A stretch of DNA of 64,000 bases from Eledone cirrhosa (Eukaryota). A model generated the notes under the pieces. The model saw nothing but the letters and a program-made list of their open reading frames with translations. It was not told where the DNA came from and did no database searches. Positions 13,107 through 25,730 of this stretch are shown here, one piece after another. The first letter of the stretch is position 1. Every line of letters begins with the position of its first letter. A program made the translations under genes and the position numbers. Where the stretch lies: NCBI GenBank assembly GCA_964016885.1, contig OZ024743.1, positions 309,194,001 through 309,258,000 on the forward strand. The letters run 5' to 3'.

Positions 13107-13177
<71 letters not shown>

Positions 13178-13184
13178 TATATAT

Positions 13185-13746
13185 TAGAATTTCGTATTTC
13201 TAAAGAAATACGGTATGTTTATAAATAAACATTTACAAAGCCATAGTTATGCAAAAACACCGGTGGCGACAGCCACGCCAGCGATGTTTTTGCACAGCTA
13301 CGGCTTTATAAATATTTATTTATAAACATACCGTATTTCCTTTGAAATACGAAATTCCAATACATATTTGTATACAGCTCTGTTCGAAGCTAAATCCTAA
13401 TTCTATTCTATTATAAGTTGACCCAACTTATACAGCTTCATATGCAAATTAGATTAATAACCTCATTTACACAGACGAGAAAACTATATATTCTCGCTTG
13501 TTTTCAAGTCCAGCAGTTGCAAGAGCGGAAGGGATCGTACTGATGAGGACCAGTTCAGTTGAAATGCATCGATGATTAACCAGCTTGCTTCTGCTGGACA
13601 CCGCCAGATGGCGATAGCCACCGATGTTTTTGCATAGCTACGGCTTTCTAAATGTTTATTTATAAACATATCGTATTTCTAAAGAAATACGAAATTCCAA
13701 TACATATTTGTATACAGCTATGCTCGAAGCTAAATTCTACCCCCCC

Positions 13747-13748
<2 letters not shown>
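13185..13748 (+). mobile_element. retrozyme-like element, ~340-bp unit (1.3 copies) + inverted arm; HHR at 13534-13576
   Basis: 13283-13397 repeated at 13624-13738; 13185-13273 inverted; atcgta CTGATGA ggac cagttca gtt GAAA tgca TC gatgat. Confidence 0.75.
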
Positions 13749-13786
<38 letters not shown>

Positions 13787-13789
<3 letters not shown>

Positions 13790-13965
13790 CAAAGGAATTG
13801 TGGTAAGGAACCAGATGGAACATAACGCACCAGAGTACTCAATACTTAGGATAGTAGAGTGGGAAATATGAAAAAGTATGACCCCGACGGCTATTTCTGG
13901 ACTAAAAGTTTTAGTCCAGAAAAAGCCGTTGAAACGGCTTGAGCTCTGCCGTCGGGGTCATACTT

Positions 13966-13970
<5 letters not shown>
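13787..13970 (-). mobile_element. solo pLTR 3' fragment with foldback (family of 57194)
   Basis: ataacaaaggaattgtggtaaggaacc... matches 57194-57330; hairpin centred ~13908. Confidence 0.8.
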
Positions 13971-14003
<33 letters not shown>

Positions 14004-14032
14004 GTGTATGAATATATATATATATATACATG

Positions 14033-14063
<31 letters not shown>

Positions 14064-14119
14064 ATATACACACACACCCACATCTCTCTCTCTGTCTATA
14101 TATATACACATGTATATAC

Positions 14120-14252
14120 ACAACAAAGAGGGTTTGGTAGGATACCACGTGGACCATAGCGCACCAGAGTTCTCGATACTTGGGGTAGTAGAGTGGGTAA
14201 TATGAAAAGATTCAGGACCCCGACGGCTGAGCCGCGACCGTTTCGATAGCTA
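14120..14252 (-). mobile_element. diverged solo pLTR 3' fragment (family of 57194)
   Basis: ggaccatagcgcaccagagttctcgatacttggggtagtagagtgggtaat...ccccgacggctgagc. Confidence 0.75.
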
Positions 14253-15133
14253 GATATATATATGTTGAAATATACTAGGAAAATTATTAATTTGTTTTAT
14301 TCTATTGTCATCTCTTGCCCTTTATATATTTCTACGGCATTGCACTGGCTTTCTGAAATACTTCTCAATAATGTATTACATATCTTACAATTCCTCATAT
14401 TATCTGTACTACTTTATAATTGTCAACGTTTGTCTCATAATGGTTTATTTTGAAATATATGCTAGAATAATGAGACATTTCAAGTTCTTCAGAATTACTA
14501 CATTGTTTCCAGTGAGAAGTATAGTATTAGTTAAGTTTAATTTTTTGTATAGAAATCGTTTTGTTAAAATGAAAACTCAATTATAAACACAATGATAACT
14601 GTGACATGATTTATATATTATAATGTTCAACGATAAAGTTCTTATCTTATATATTACTTCTTAAAGGGTCATATTTATTTAGACACATTGTTTGAAAATA
14701 TCTCTTTCCAGACATTTATGCCAAACGACTGATTAATTAATTTTTTTGTGGCACTCATATAACAATTGTTGAATTTTGAAATGATTTGTAATGGGTGGGA
14801 AATTAGCACACTCATTGAACGTCGGATTAAATGATTCGGTATTTCTTCTAGCTTTCAGCGCCCTAAGTTCAAATCCTGCCGAAGTACACTACACGATTCA
14901 TCCTTTCAAGGTAAATAAATAAAAAAAATCGGGTCAGTGGGTGAATTATTAAATAGTCAGATAGGGAATCCGTTGGACAGTCAGATCCAGTTAGACATGG
15001 CCTGGACCAATATTGGACGAAACCTATCAAAGTTATATATATATATTTCGTTTTTGAATTTGTTTGGCAAGATTTCTTTTATTGGCAGCATGACCCTCCC
15101 AAAGTGTAACAAGAATATATATATATATATATA

Positions 15134-15420
15134 AAGAAAAAAAGATGATATCGAAAATGCAACTGGAGTCTTATTTAAAAAAAATATATATATATTTATT
15201 TGGTTCCTTTACCGGTTTCGCAGTTCTGCTTTTCAAAAGTAGAGTTGAGATGGAGGGTCTGTGGTTTTTCTCACATCAGATGTGAGAAAAGCCACAGACC
15301 CTCCATCTCAACTCTACTTTTGAAAAGCAGAAGAACTGCGAAACCGGTAAAGGAACCAAATATAAATTTAAAAAAAAATAAGACTCCAGTTGCATTTTCG
15401 ATTTCATCTCTCTTTCTTTA
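15134..15420. repeat. (TA)n-flanked foldback with a minimal U3-A8 HHR in each arm (15207-15239 -, 15317-15352 +)
   Basis: ctt TTGAAAA gcag aagaa ctgc GAAAC cg GTA aag; apex ctcacatc-a-gatgtgag at ~15278. Confidence 0.75.
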
Positions 15421-15689
15421 TATATATATATATATATATATACAACTTGGATAAGTTCCGTCCAATATTGGTCCCGGCTATGTCTAATTGGATCTGACTG
15501 TCCAACTCATTCCCTTTGATATATTTTGATAATTATGATTAGTATATATATATATATACATACAAATCTAAGGTATCACAATATATCAATTTGTATGATA
15601 TTTGTGCTTCTCAGTGGAAGAAATTAACGGACATTTTTCCAGAGCATCAATAATTCAAATTTATATATACATGTATATATATATAGAGA

Positions 15690-16000
15690 GAGAAAGAACG
15701 ACATATCTTATGAGAACACAGTATTTTGAACACATATAAAGCACATATATCTAGGAAGAATATGAAGTTCAGATAGAAAAAAGTTCTTAATCCTGATGGC
15801 CATTTTATGATTCAAAAGCGAACCACAACTTCAAATCAACCCGAGCAATCGACCGTCGATTTTAAGTTGTGTTTCTCTTTGAATCATAAAATGGCCATTA
15901 GGAAAGAGCACTTTTTCTATCTGAAATACATATTGTTCCTAGATATATGTGCTTGTATCTGTAGAAAAGCCTGTGTGTTCTCATAAAATATATCGTTCTT

Positions 16001-16005
<5 letters not shown>
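15690..16005. repeat. diverged foldback (inverted repeat) element
   Basis: Arms such as atggccattttatgattcaaa / tttgaatcataaaatggccat; apex ~15850. Confidence 0.75.
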
Positions 16006-16038
<33 letters not shown>

Positions 16039-16056
16039 CATGTACTTATAAATTTG

Positions 16057-16122
<66 letters not shown>

Positions 16123-16197
16123 AGCGGAGAGAGAGAGAGAGAAATACATATAATTGGTGTTGGATGCTTAAAGCGTTCCTAATAGAAAATCTGCTTC

Positions 16198-16230
<33 letters not shown>

Positions 16231-16233
<3 letters not shown>

Positions 16234-17347
16234 TCCTCCTCTTTCTTCCCGTTTGACCTGTGCGTAATTCTTTTCTTTCGCACCGTTGGTCTGGCAGGTC
16301 GCTTTTTTTCTCTCTCTCGTCTACGATTTCACAGAACTTACGTTCACCGAATTCACAGACTAGATCCCTTCTTCCTCCCGTTAGACCTGTACGGAATTCC
16401 TTCCTTGCTCACATTCCAACCAGGTTTGATGGTCTTTATTCTCTCTCGTTCACGATTTCACCGAATTTAAATTCATAGAAATTTGGGACTTGACTCCTTC
16501 TTCCTCACTTTTCGTTGCTTCACCATTTTTGTTTGTTTACACTCGTGGCCCCTTTATTTACGTGTCCCAACGACTTTTTTTAGCCGTTGCTCGCACTAAC
16601 CGGAGGTATATGATCTTTAAAGCGATTAAATACCAATGACAGTTGGAAGATCACTGATGAAGGACTAACTTTATTCATATGTAACCCATTAGCAACCCCG
16701 CAGCACGTTTATTCTCATATTTACACATATTTTTTTCCCCGCTGTTACCCGTCTATTTCGTTCTTACTTCTTCCTCTTTCTCTGTATCTTTACCCTCTCT
16801 AGCAGTCACTCTCTCTGTTAGCCTCTTCCTCACCCTTCACTCACTCATTCTCTGTTACTACCTCTCCTCCTCCTCCTTCTTCCCGTTTGACCTGTGCGTA
16901 ATTCTTTTCTTTCGCACCGTTGGTCTGGCAGGTCGCTTTTTTTCTCTCTCTCGTCTACGATTTCACAGAACTTACGTTCACCGAATTCACAGACTAGATC
17001 CCTTCTTCCTCCCGTTAGACCTGTACGGAATTCCTTCCTTCCTCACATTCCAACCAGGTTTGATGGTCTTTATTCTCTCTCGTTCACGATTTCACTGAAT
17101 TTAAATTCATAGAAATTTGGGACTTGAATCCTTCTTCCTCATTTTTCGTTGCTTCACCATTTTTGTTTGTTTACACTCGTGTCCCCTTTATTTACGTGTC
17201 CCAACGACTTTTTTTTAGCCGTTGCTCGCACCAACCGGAGGTATATGGTCTTTAAAGCGATGAAATACCAATGATGGTTGGAAGATCACTGATGAAGGAC
17301 TAACTTTATTCATATGTAACCCATTAGCAACCCCGCAGCACGTTTAT

Positions 17348-17350
<3 letters not shown>
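16231..17350 (+). repeat. 634-bp direct tandem repeat (~1.8 units) flanked by (TA)n
   Basis: Near-identical pseudo-ORFs at 16260 and 16894; CTGATGA in each unit (16654, 17289). Confidence 0.9.
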
Positions 17351-17394
<44 letters not shown>

Positions 17395-17397
<3 letters not shown>

Positions 17398-19678
17398 CGG
17401 GTAAAATTCCCGAGATCCATGGTCGAGTTCTCTCCAGCGGTCTCTGTCCCTCATCATCGCTGCCATGTCCCGCCTCTCCAACAGACCAGTGTCTGTCCTT
17501 AGGGCATCAACATACGTTAACCTTGGTCTTCCTCTTCTAGTGTGTCCATCTAGGGGCTCCCACAGGAGCACTGAGTGCAATGTCAACTCTGGATGCCGGT
17601 GAGCATGTCCAGCTAACCTCAGTCTCCTCTGTGTCACTTTTGAGCTGTCTTTTGGGATGCTCCCATACAGCTCTGAGTTTTTCCTCCTCAGTGTATACTG
17701 ATTAATGTTCAGAGCCATCCTCAGCATTCTCGTGTAGCACCCATCCACCATCTGAGTGAGTTTCTTGGTCAGTGTCAAAGTCTGAGACCCATACAGCAGC
17801 ACAGACTCCACTACAGCAATGAAGAGGCGGATTTTCAGGTCTTTACGAAGGTCCGATTTCCACACCGATCTCAAGCTGTGGCACCCCGCCCAGGCTTTGC
17901 TCTTCCTCTCAACCACATTCTTTTCCGTATTTCCAATCTTTGCGCCCAAATACAGGAAGCCCTCAACCAATTCTAGCGGCTTCCCGCCTACATTAGTGAT
18001 CCCCTCTGGCTTCTCAACATTCTCTACCAGATATTTTGTTTTAGTCTCATTCATTCTCAGCCCCACACTCATCGACACAGTCTCAAACTCCCGCATCAAA
18101 TCCTCTGCCTCCTTCACTGTATTTGTCACCAAAACTATATCGTCGGCAAATTCAGCATCCGATACCTTTTTCGCCCTAACTCTCCTGCTCTGAGCCGGTG
18201 CTACAGTAAAGCCAGATTGTCCCAGATTGATTTCATTCTGGTGAGGAAAAAGTGGCGGAATAGTGTTCTGAACACAGAACCATACAACTATTTCAGTACA
18301 CTGAGTAGTGACCACCGTCTTGTTATGAGTGAGGTCCGGGTGAGCTTAAGAAAGAGCAAGGCTAGGCCCCGGAGAGCAATCTATGACTGGGGAGCTTTCA
18401 AGGAAGATGATAAGCTAAAGGAGAGGTTCACAGTGGAAGTGAGAAACAGGTTTAGTGCTCTGTGTGGAGAGTCGGAGGAGAGATAGATTGGATGGACTGA
18501 GGAGAGTGTGACGAGGAGGTACGGGCACTTCACCAATGAAGTGGCGGAAGCAAGTGAAACCCTGGTGCCGAGGAAAAAGAACAAAAGGAAGCACGTCAGC
18601 TCTGCAAACCCAAAAGTGTGTGCAGCCAGAGAATACCTGAAAGCTGCCAAGGACCAATTCTATGCTGATCCCACGGAGGAGAGGATGGAGACTGTGGAGG
18701 TGATGAGGGAAAACTCTGTACCGCTTACACTGAGGTCAGAGAGGAGGCACTGATATAGAAGATCAGAAGTGTGGAGAGAGCGGTTGACAGATCTGGATGT
18801 AAGGAGAGCTGGATGATCATCAACGAGATCACAAGGAGGAAGAGAGGGTGTTCGAGTCAGATCCAGGGAACGGGGCCCGAGGATAGGAAGAGGAAATGGC
18901 TAGACCATTTTAGGACCCTACTAGGAGAGCCACCCTCCACAGCCCAGAGCACTGGGGAGATCAGGCGGCTGTTTGAGGAACTGGATGTTGAGACAGAGCC
19001 CTTCACCAGAGAGGAGCTTCAGAGAACCAAGAAGAGGATCAGGGAGGGGAGGGCTCATAGAGAAGATGGAGTGGCATCAGAGGTGATGGAGATGTGTGAT
19101 TTTGATGATATCATCCTGGGGTTCTGTAACGGGGCACTGGAGAAAGGAGTTGCCCCGAATCAGTGGAGGATCAGTAACATCGTCCCAGTGCCAAAGAAGG
19201 GAGATCTCTCTAACACCAACAACTACCGGGGGGATCTCACTGACGTCACTTGTGGCAAAGACCCTCAACAGGATGATTCTTAACAGGATCCAGCCTGAGA
19301 TGGAGAAGAAGCTCAGGGAAAACCAGAACGGCTTCAGAGAGGGTAGATCAACCACCAGTCACATCCTGATGCTGAGAAGGATATTAGAGGGAGCTAGAGC
19401 AAAGTACCTTCATGCGGTCATGGTTTTCACTGACTTTAGGAGGGCCTTTGATTCTGTGGACCGTTACTGCCTGATGAAGGTCTTACAGGCTTATGGAATC
19501 CCCAAGAAGATAGTGGACCTGATATCACTGCTCTACACCAACACCAAAGCCCAAGTCATTACACCTGATGGGATGACAGAGTTCTTTGCGATTATGTCTG
19601 GAGTGCTCCAGGGAGATGCATTGGCTCCCTACATTTTTATCATCGTAGTGGACTATTGTATGCACCTTGCACTGGAGA
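17395..19678 (-). mobile_element. RTE-clade LINE with 5' inversion (twin-priming structure), inserted in (TA)n
   Basis: Plus strand 18220-19678: QIDFIL..SDH (APE end), VPKKGD..NYR, QNGFR, DFRRAFDSV, GVLQGD.LAP; minus strand 18216-17395: FADD, FLYLG, VESVLLYGS, RLRLAGH. Confidence 0.92.
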
Positions 19679-19692
19679 ATATATATATATAT

Positions 19693-20590
<898 letters not shown>

Positions 20591-20676
20591 ATATATATAC
20601 GAAGCAGATTTTCTATTAGGAAAGCTTTAAGCATCCTACACCAATTATATGTATTTCTCTCTCTCTCTCTCTCTCT

Positions 20677-20758
<82 letters not shown>

Positions 20759-21182
20759 CGATACTCCTACGGCTATATCAAGTGCAATGGATAGATGGAT
20801 GGCTGAATAGACTATATATGTCTTAAACTGTGTGTATATGTATGTGTATGCGTATATATGTATACTTTATGCCGACAAGCTAGACACGAATCATTATACG
20901 GCTTCGAATAAATATTGATTAGTCATCATTTCAAATCCTGGTTCAATAAAAAAAGATCATGATAAATTTAGTTACTAGGTGATAGTTTCTATATATCACT
21001 CGACACACACACGTACTGTATGTATGTTCTTCTGGTTTTGTAATTTCATAAATTTTTACCAATAGAGAGAGAGTCGGTTTCTAAAATAGACACTAGACTC
21101 TCTCATTGTAATTTAAACAACCTCACCTAGGTAGATATGTATGCATGTCAGCAAGCATGCATGTGTGAGCAGGTATGGATGT

Positions 21183-21688
21183 ATCAGTATTCATGCTCTG
21201 AAATAGTGATGTATACATGAATGTATGTATAGTATGTTTAGCAATATACCGTATGTTTAATTAAAAACATTTAGAAGACCATTCGCTATCAATTTTAAAG
21301 TAGTGACTATGTCACTTACTTATATTTTCGGCAAAGGCTGAGAGAAGCTGACAGCTGTTTCTCGCTCATTGATGTTTATCAAAGCCACGCACTCACCTGC
21401 CTTTCCCGAAATTTATAGAAGCTGGATTCTTATAGAATTCCAGTAATAATCAGGAGCTGATTACACAGAGCGATTGCCGGTCCAGCAAAAATTAGGTATT
21501 AGTATTGGTGCTCTGAAATAGCGATGTATACATGAATGTATATTTGGCAATATACCGTATGTTTGATAAAAACATTCAGCCTTTGCCGAAAATATATAAG
21601 TAAGTGACATAGACACTACTTTAAAACTGATAGCGAATGGTCTTCTAAATATTTTAAATTAAACATACGGTATATTGCCAAATATACT

Positions 21689-21690
<2 letters not shown>
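21183..21690 (-). mobile_element. retrozyme-like element, ~315-bp unit + inverted arm; HHR 21347-21385 (-)
   Basis: Direct repeat at 21186 and 21501; 21577-21688 inverted; reverse complement gct TTGATAA (weak stem II) GAAAC agct GTC agc. Confidence 0.7.
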
Positions 21691-21785
<95 letters not shown>

Positions 21786-21786
21786 A

Positions 21787-22025
21787 AGGCGCATGGCTTA
21801 GTGGTTAGAGCATTAGGCTTGCAATCGAAAGGTTGTGATTCGTTGTGTCCTTGAGCAAGACACTTTATTTCACGTTGCTCCAGTTTACTCAGCTGTAGAA
21901 ATGAGTTACGGCATCACTGGTGTCAAGCTATATCAGCCATAGCCTTTCCCCTGGACATCATCGGTGGCGTGGAGAGGGGAGGCTGGTATGCATGGGCGAC
22001 TGTTGGTCTTCCTCAAACAACCTTT
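21787..22025 (+). mobile_element. tRNA-derived SINE with Meta-like central domain
   Basis: tggcttagtggttag A box; ttgtgtccttgagcaagacactttatttcacgttgctccag core; related copies ~28125, ~31590, ~41220, ~50590-50900 (-). Confidence 0.8.
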
Positions 22026-23338
22026 ATATATAATATATATATATATATATGCAATATACCGGTTAAGATGTTTTATGATAAACCTAAACTTAAGTGATGT
22101 ATTTTATACACTGTTTGCAGGATTCGGAAAACTGCGCATTTCACTATGAGAGAAAATATTTTAACTTCAAATATGGCGTATATAAATACCTTACTGGATT
22201 ATACAACATATTTTGTTCCTATAACCGTATTATCGGAACAGAAGCAATGGAAAAATCATCCACATCACTGTAAGTCATTATAAAGAACACTGTACATTCT
22301 TGCATTCACACCGGCTACAAAGATGATCACAGCTTACCACATACATAGCGAAACTCTTATATGTTTGGTATACATAAACATATCGTATATGACTTTCACA
22401 TACACTCCCACTGCTTATTAATCCTAGTCGGCCTTATTCACAATACATGCAAATGAGCACCGCCAGGCAATGTCTCATGTGCAATAATGTATATAAGCTT
22501 TAGCTTAATTCTTCTTTCAGTAGTGAGCAAGTAAACCAATCACAGTTATTGAAAAGTCATGAAATGATCACAGCTGACAATATATATATAGCAAGACTTT
22601 TTTATGTTTTTAACAGGTAAACATATATAGCCTTCATATACATCCATATACATATACAATATACACACGCATACACACACACATATTGCTAAGATCAGGA
22701 AAACAAAGATGGTTAGTAAGCAACTAAAGCCCCCTTGATAGCTTGTAATGCTAGACCTTACTAAACTGAGTATCCTTTGTGATTATCTCACAAATTCTTA
22801 TCATAGGGAAGGTAGCGTCTCAAGAGTTGGCACTACACTCCTGAGCAGAAAATACTTCAGTCTTTTACAATTCTCTAATGGTTTGCTGCTTGTATACCTA
22901 CTTAGTGTTGTTACTGCACACAAATTGCTGCGTTGAGGCTCATATTAAAACCTTTCTTCAAGATCAGCACAGTTGAAAATGTCTCACTTTTCTTTCCTGG
23001 AAATCACTATCCACGTTTTTACATATAAAGATTCTTAATTCTTCAAACATTTCAGCAGACAGTAAATTCAAGATAATATAGCCAAGACTGGGATGTAGAG
23101 CCTAATATTCCCTCACCCTTTACTTTTCTTTAGTTGCTTCATTTCTTTTCCCTTTTTCTTTTTCTTCTTTTCCTTCTTTTTCTTCTTCGTTTCCTTATTG
23201 CCATTTATTTTGTAGAGTTTTTATCACATTCAGCACATATAGTAAGATGGAAATAAAGTTTGGTTAGGCCATGTCCATTGACAACGACTATTTCAACTTT
23301 TTAAATCAAAATCTAACGTAATGAATAACCAGAGTAAT

Positions 23339-23518
23339 AATTGTTTCTACGTTTGGCACAAGGCCAGCAATTACCCAGTGCCTTACTGGTACTTTATTTT
23401 ATCGACCCCGTAAGGATGAAAGGCAAAGTTAACCTCGGCGGGATTTGAACACAGAATGGCAAGGGCCGTAACTCTATGCGTCAAAGCATGGCGTCCGACC
23501 CTCTACCGATACTGCCAA
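23339..23518 (-). mobile_element. tRNA-derived SINE, dominant family, tail type A
   Basis: tttggcacaaggccagcaatt...tttattttatcgaccccgtaaggatgaaaggcaaagttaacctcggcgggatttgaac. Confidence 0.85.
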
Positions 23519-24182
23519 AGGGGCCCTCAGAGTAATAATATTTCTTGATTGGACTCACGCAATTTGCTTTTCAAATGCTTGCTGTAATTTGATTTCGGAT
23601 CAATTTTGGATACAGCAGTGATATACTATTTCTACACTTTATTTAATTTTGAAACTTTCATTTTTTGCATTTTGAGCACCAGCTTTCGTAATTATGTTTG
23701 AAATTTGACTAGTGTTCACACAGCCGTTAAGATTCTGTCAATGTTTTGCAGGGTGGTCATAAAAAGTTAAAGCGAATGCACAGATAAAACAATTAAATAC
23801 TGCAGAATAATTATTCACCATAGCCATTTGAACTGATTTTATTATTCTGTATCTTATCATTTGTATTCTCATTACATAATATGATGAGCTGTTTACAAGA
23901 TTGGATAACAATTTATAATAGGTGACGCCATTAATACTGTAGTTACAGTCGTTTTGCTTTTAACCAATTAAAGCAGACTTCCCTGAATGAAAATAGGTAT
24001 AATTTAAAAAACATGAAATAAATATATATTCTATAAAAAGCCTTCGACCTTTTTTAGTACATACTAGCAGAAAAACCACCCTTCGGCCGGTTTTCTGCTA
24101 GCATATGTAGTGTGCATATTGGTATTATACGCAAATATATATGCATATAGATATATGTAAATTGAAAAGTAAATTGACAATA

Positions 24183-24840
24183 TCTTCTTCACCCACTTAT
24201 TTCTGAGAGGGTCTTGCGGGCAGAGTCCTTTTCAAACACTCCTTCCAATGAGTCTGTCAGTAGCAAACATCTCTAACTGATCCAGCTGGATCCCAAGTGT
24301 GACTAGCCAAGCTCATGGATGTTATCCAACTATCTTGCTCAGGGTCTACTTCTGGGTCTCTTTTCGGTTGGTTTTGCCTGTAAAATGTGTCCAGCAATTC
24401 TTTATTGAGACATTCTAACCACATGCTCATAATATCGGAGTTGTGATCTCTCAATTCGGAGAAGTAGCGGCTCTACCAGGAGTGACTCTCTGGTCTCTGA
24501 GTTATGCACTTTATCGAGTAACGTTACTCCAAAGACCCTTCTGAGGAATCCCATTTCTGCCGCTTTTATTTGCAATTGTATTCTTTTGGTCATTACTCAA
24601 GATTCACGATCCTCAGTAAGAGTTGACAGGAATACCAGGAAGACAGCGAGTTTGGCTTTTACACCTACCCCCTTCTTCTGATTGCTGAAAGCTGAGGCTG
24701 GCGCATTACTGCATCAGCTTTTGCAATTCTTGCACTTAATTCAGCCTCCTGAATTCAATCACTCATGAACACGGCTCCAAGATACTTGAACTTCTCTAAC
24801 TGCTTCAGTAGAACTCCATTTACATGTATATAAATTTGAG
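24183..24840 (-). mobile_element. RTE-clade LINE 3' fragment, decayed
   Basis: QIKAAEMGFLRRVFGVTLLDKV.NSE.RESL.VEPLLLRIERSQLRY..HV.RM; upstream V..FKYLG-like sequence. Confidence 0.85.
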
Positions 24841-25044
24841 GAATTTCTGTCCACCCGTCCATCACGGGAGCTTCAGTTGCTTACTAACCATCTTTGTTTT
24901 CCTGATCTTATCAATGTGTGTGTGTGTGTTTGTGTGAATGTATGTGTGTGTAAAATGTCTTTAACTTAAAAACAGTGACACACACCCGTCTATAATTTAA
25001 GAACACCGACAAACTCGCGGGTGCACCTACACATACTGTCCTAT

Positions 25045-25730
25045 TACCACTCAAGAGCTTTGGCCCGGGCAAACATCCCCTCAATTTTGGAACTGTCTAG
25101 GTTGTCCAGAATTGATGGGAAAAGACTTGACGGTCTTACTCTGTGCTCCTGGTCAAGAGGCAGGTGCCTTACCTCGGACGTCACAGTTAGTGACTCTTTT
25201 GCTTCTTCCCACATCCTGGATGCAGCGGTAAGGGCGAAAGCTACAGCATCCGCAGCTGAACGGAACAAAATCCTAAAATACTGTGTTCTGTCAGCTAACT
25301 ACATTATCCAGCCTGTGGCGTTCGAGATGTTTAGGGGAGTCAGGCTACTGACAGCGAGGTTCTTATCTTCACTGGCGGCTCGCCAAACAGAGGTAACTGG
25401 TGATACTCGTGAGGGCACTTGGTTTTTCCAGCACCCCAGCCTCGCCATCACCCCAGGTAACGCCGCGAGCGTGCTGGCTTGCCTCAAAAATTATTAGAGA
25501 GGTTTCCCAGTGCTCCGCGCTATATTGCTATCTTTTGCTCTGGTAGCGTCTGGTTTTTTCCATTCTTTCGCCTGCATATTGTTCTATGTGGCCTAAGATG
25601 TGGGCATACACGTGCTTGAGTATTTTTCTCTTTCTTTTTTTCCTTTCCCTTTCCTTTGCACATATTATATTTGTTATAAATGAGTTTAAAAAAAAAGTGT
25701 TAAACTGTGTTAATAAATAAATAAAACCTT
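25045..25730 (+). mobile_element. 3' fragment of an RLE-type non-LTR retrotransposon (CRE-like), partly duplicated at 25843-26120
   Basis: RALARANIPS..E...L.R.DGKR.DGLT..W..GR.L..DVTV.D..A.S...A..AE..K..KY...I.PVAFE..G matches the restriction-like endonuclease pattern; AATAAA ~25715. Confidence 0.8.

Larger units (their letters stand above)
10768..13113 (-). mobile_element. retrozyme-like array: 3.2 near-identical 591-bp units (10768-12672) + inverted arm (12673-13113), in (TA)n
   Basis: Unit starts at 10771, 11362, 11953, 12544; identical pseudo-ORFs 591 bp apart in the ORF track; one HHR per unit. Confidence 0.9.

Noticed and set aside
14985-15035. ccaatattgg-ac-GAAAC motif as a hammerhead
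   Set aside because: No CUGANGA-type box or stem I, and the inverted partner copy lacks GAAA
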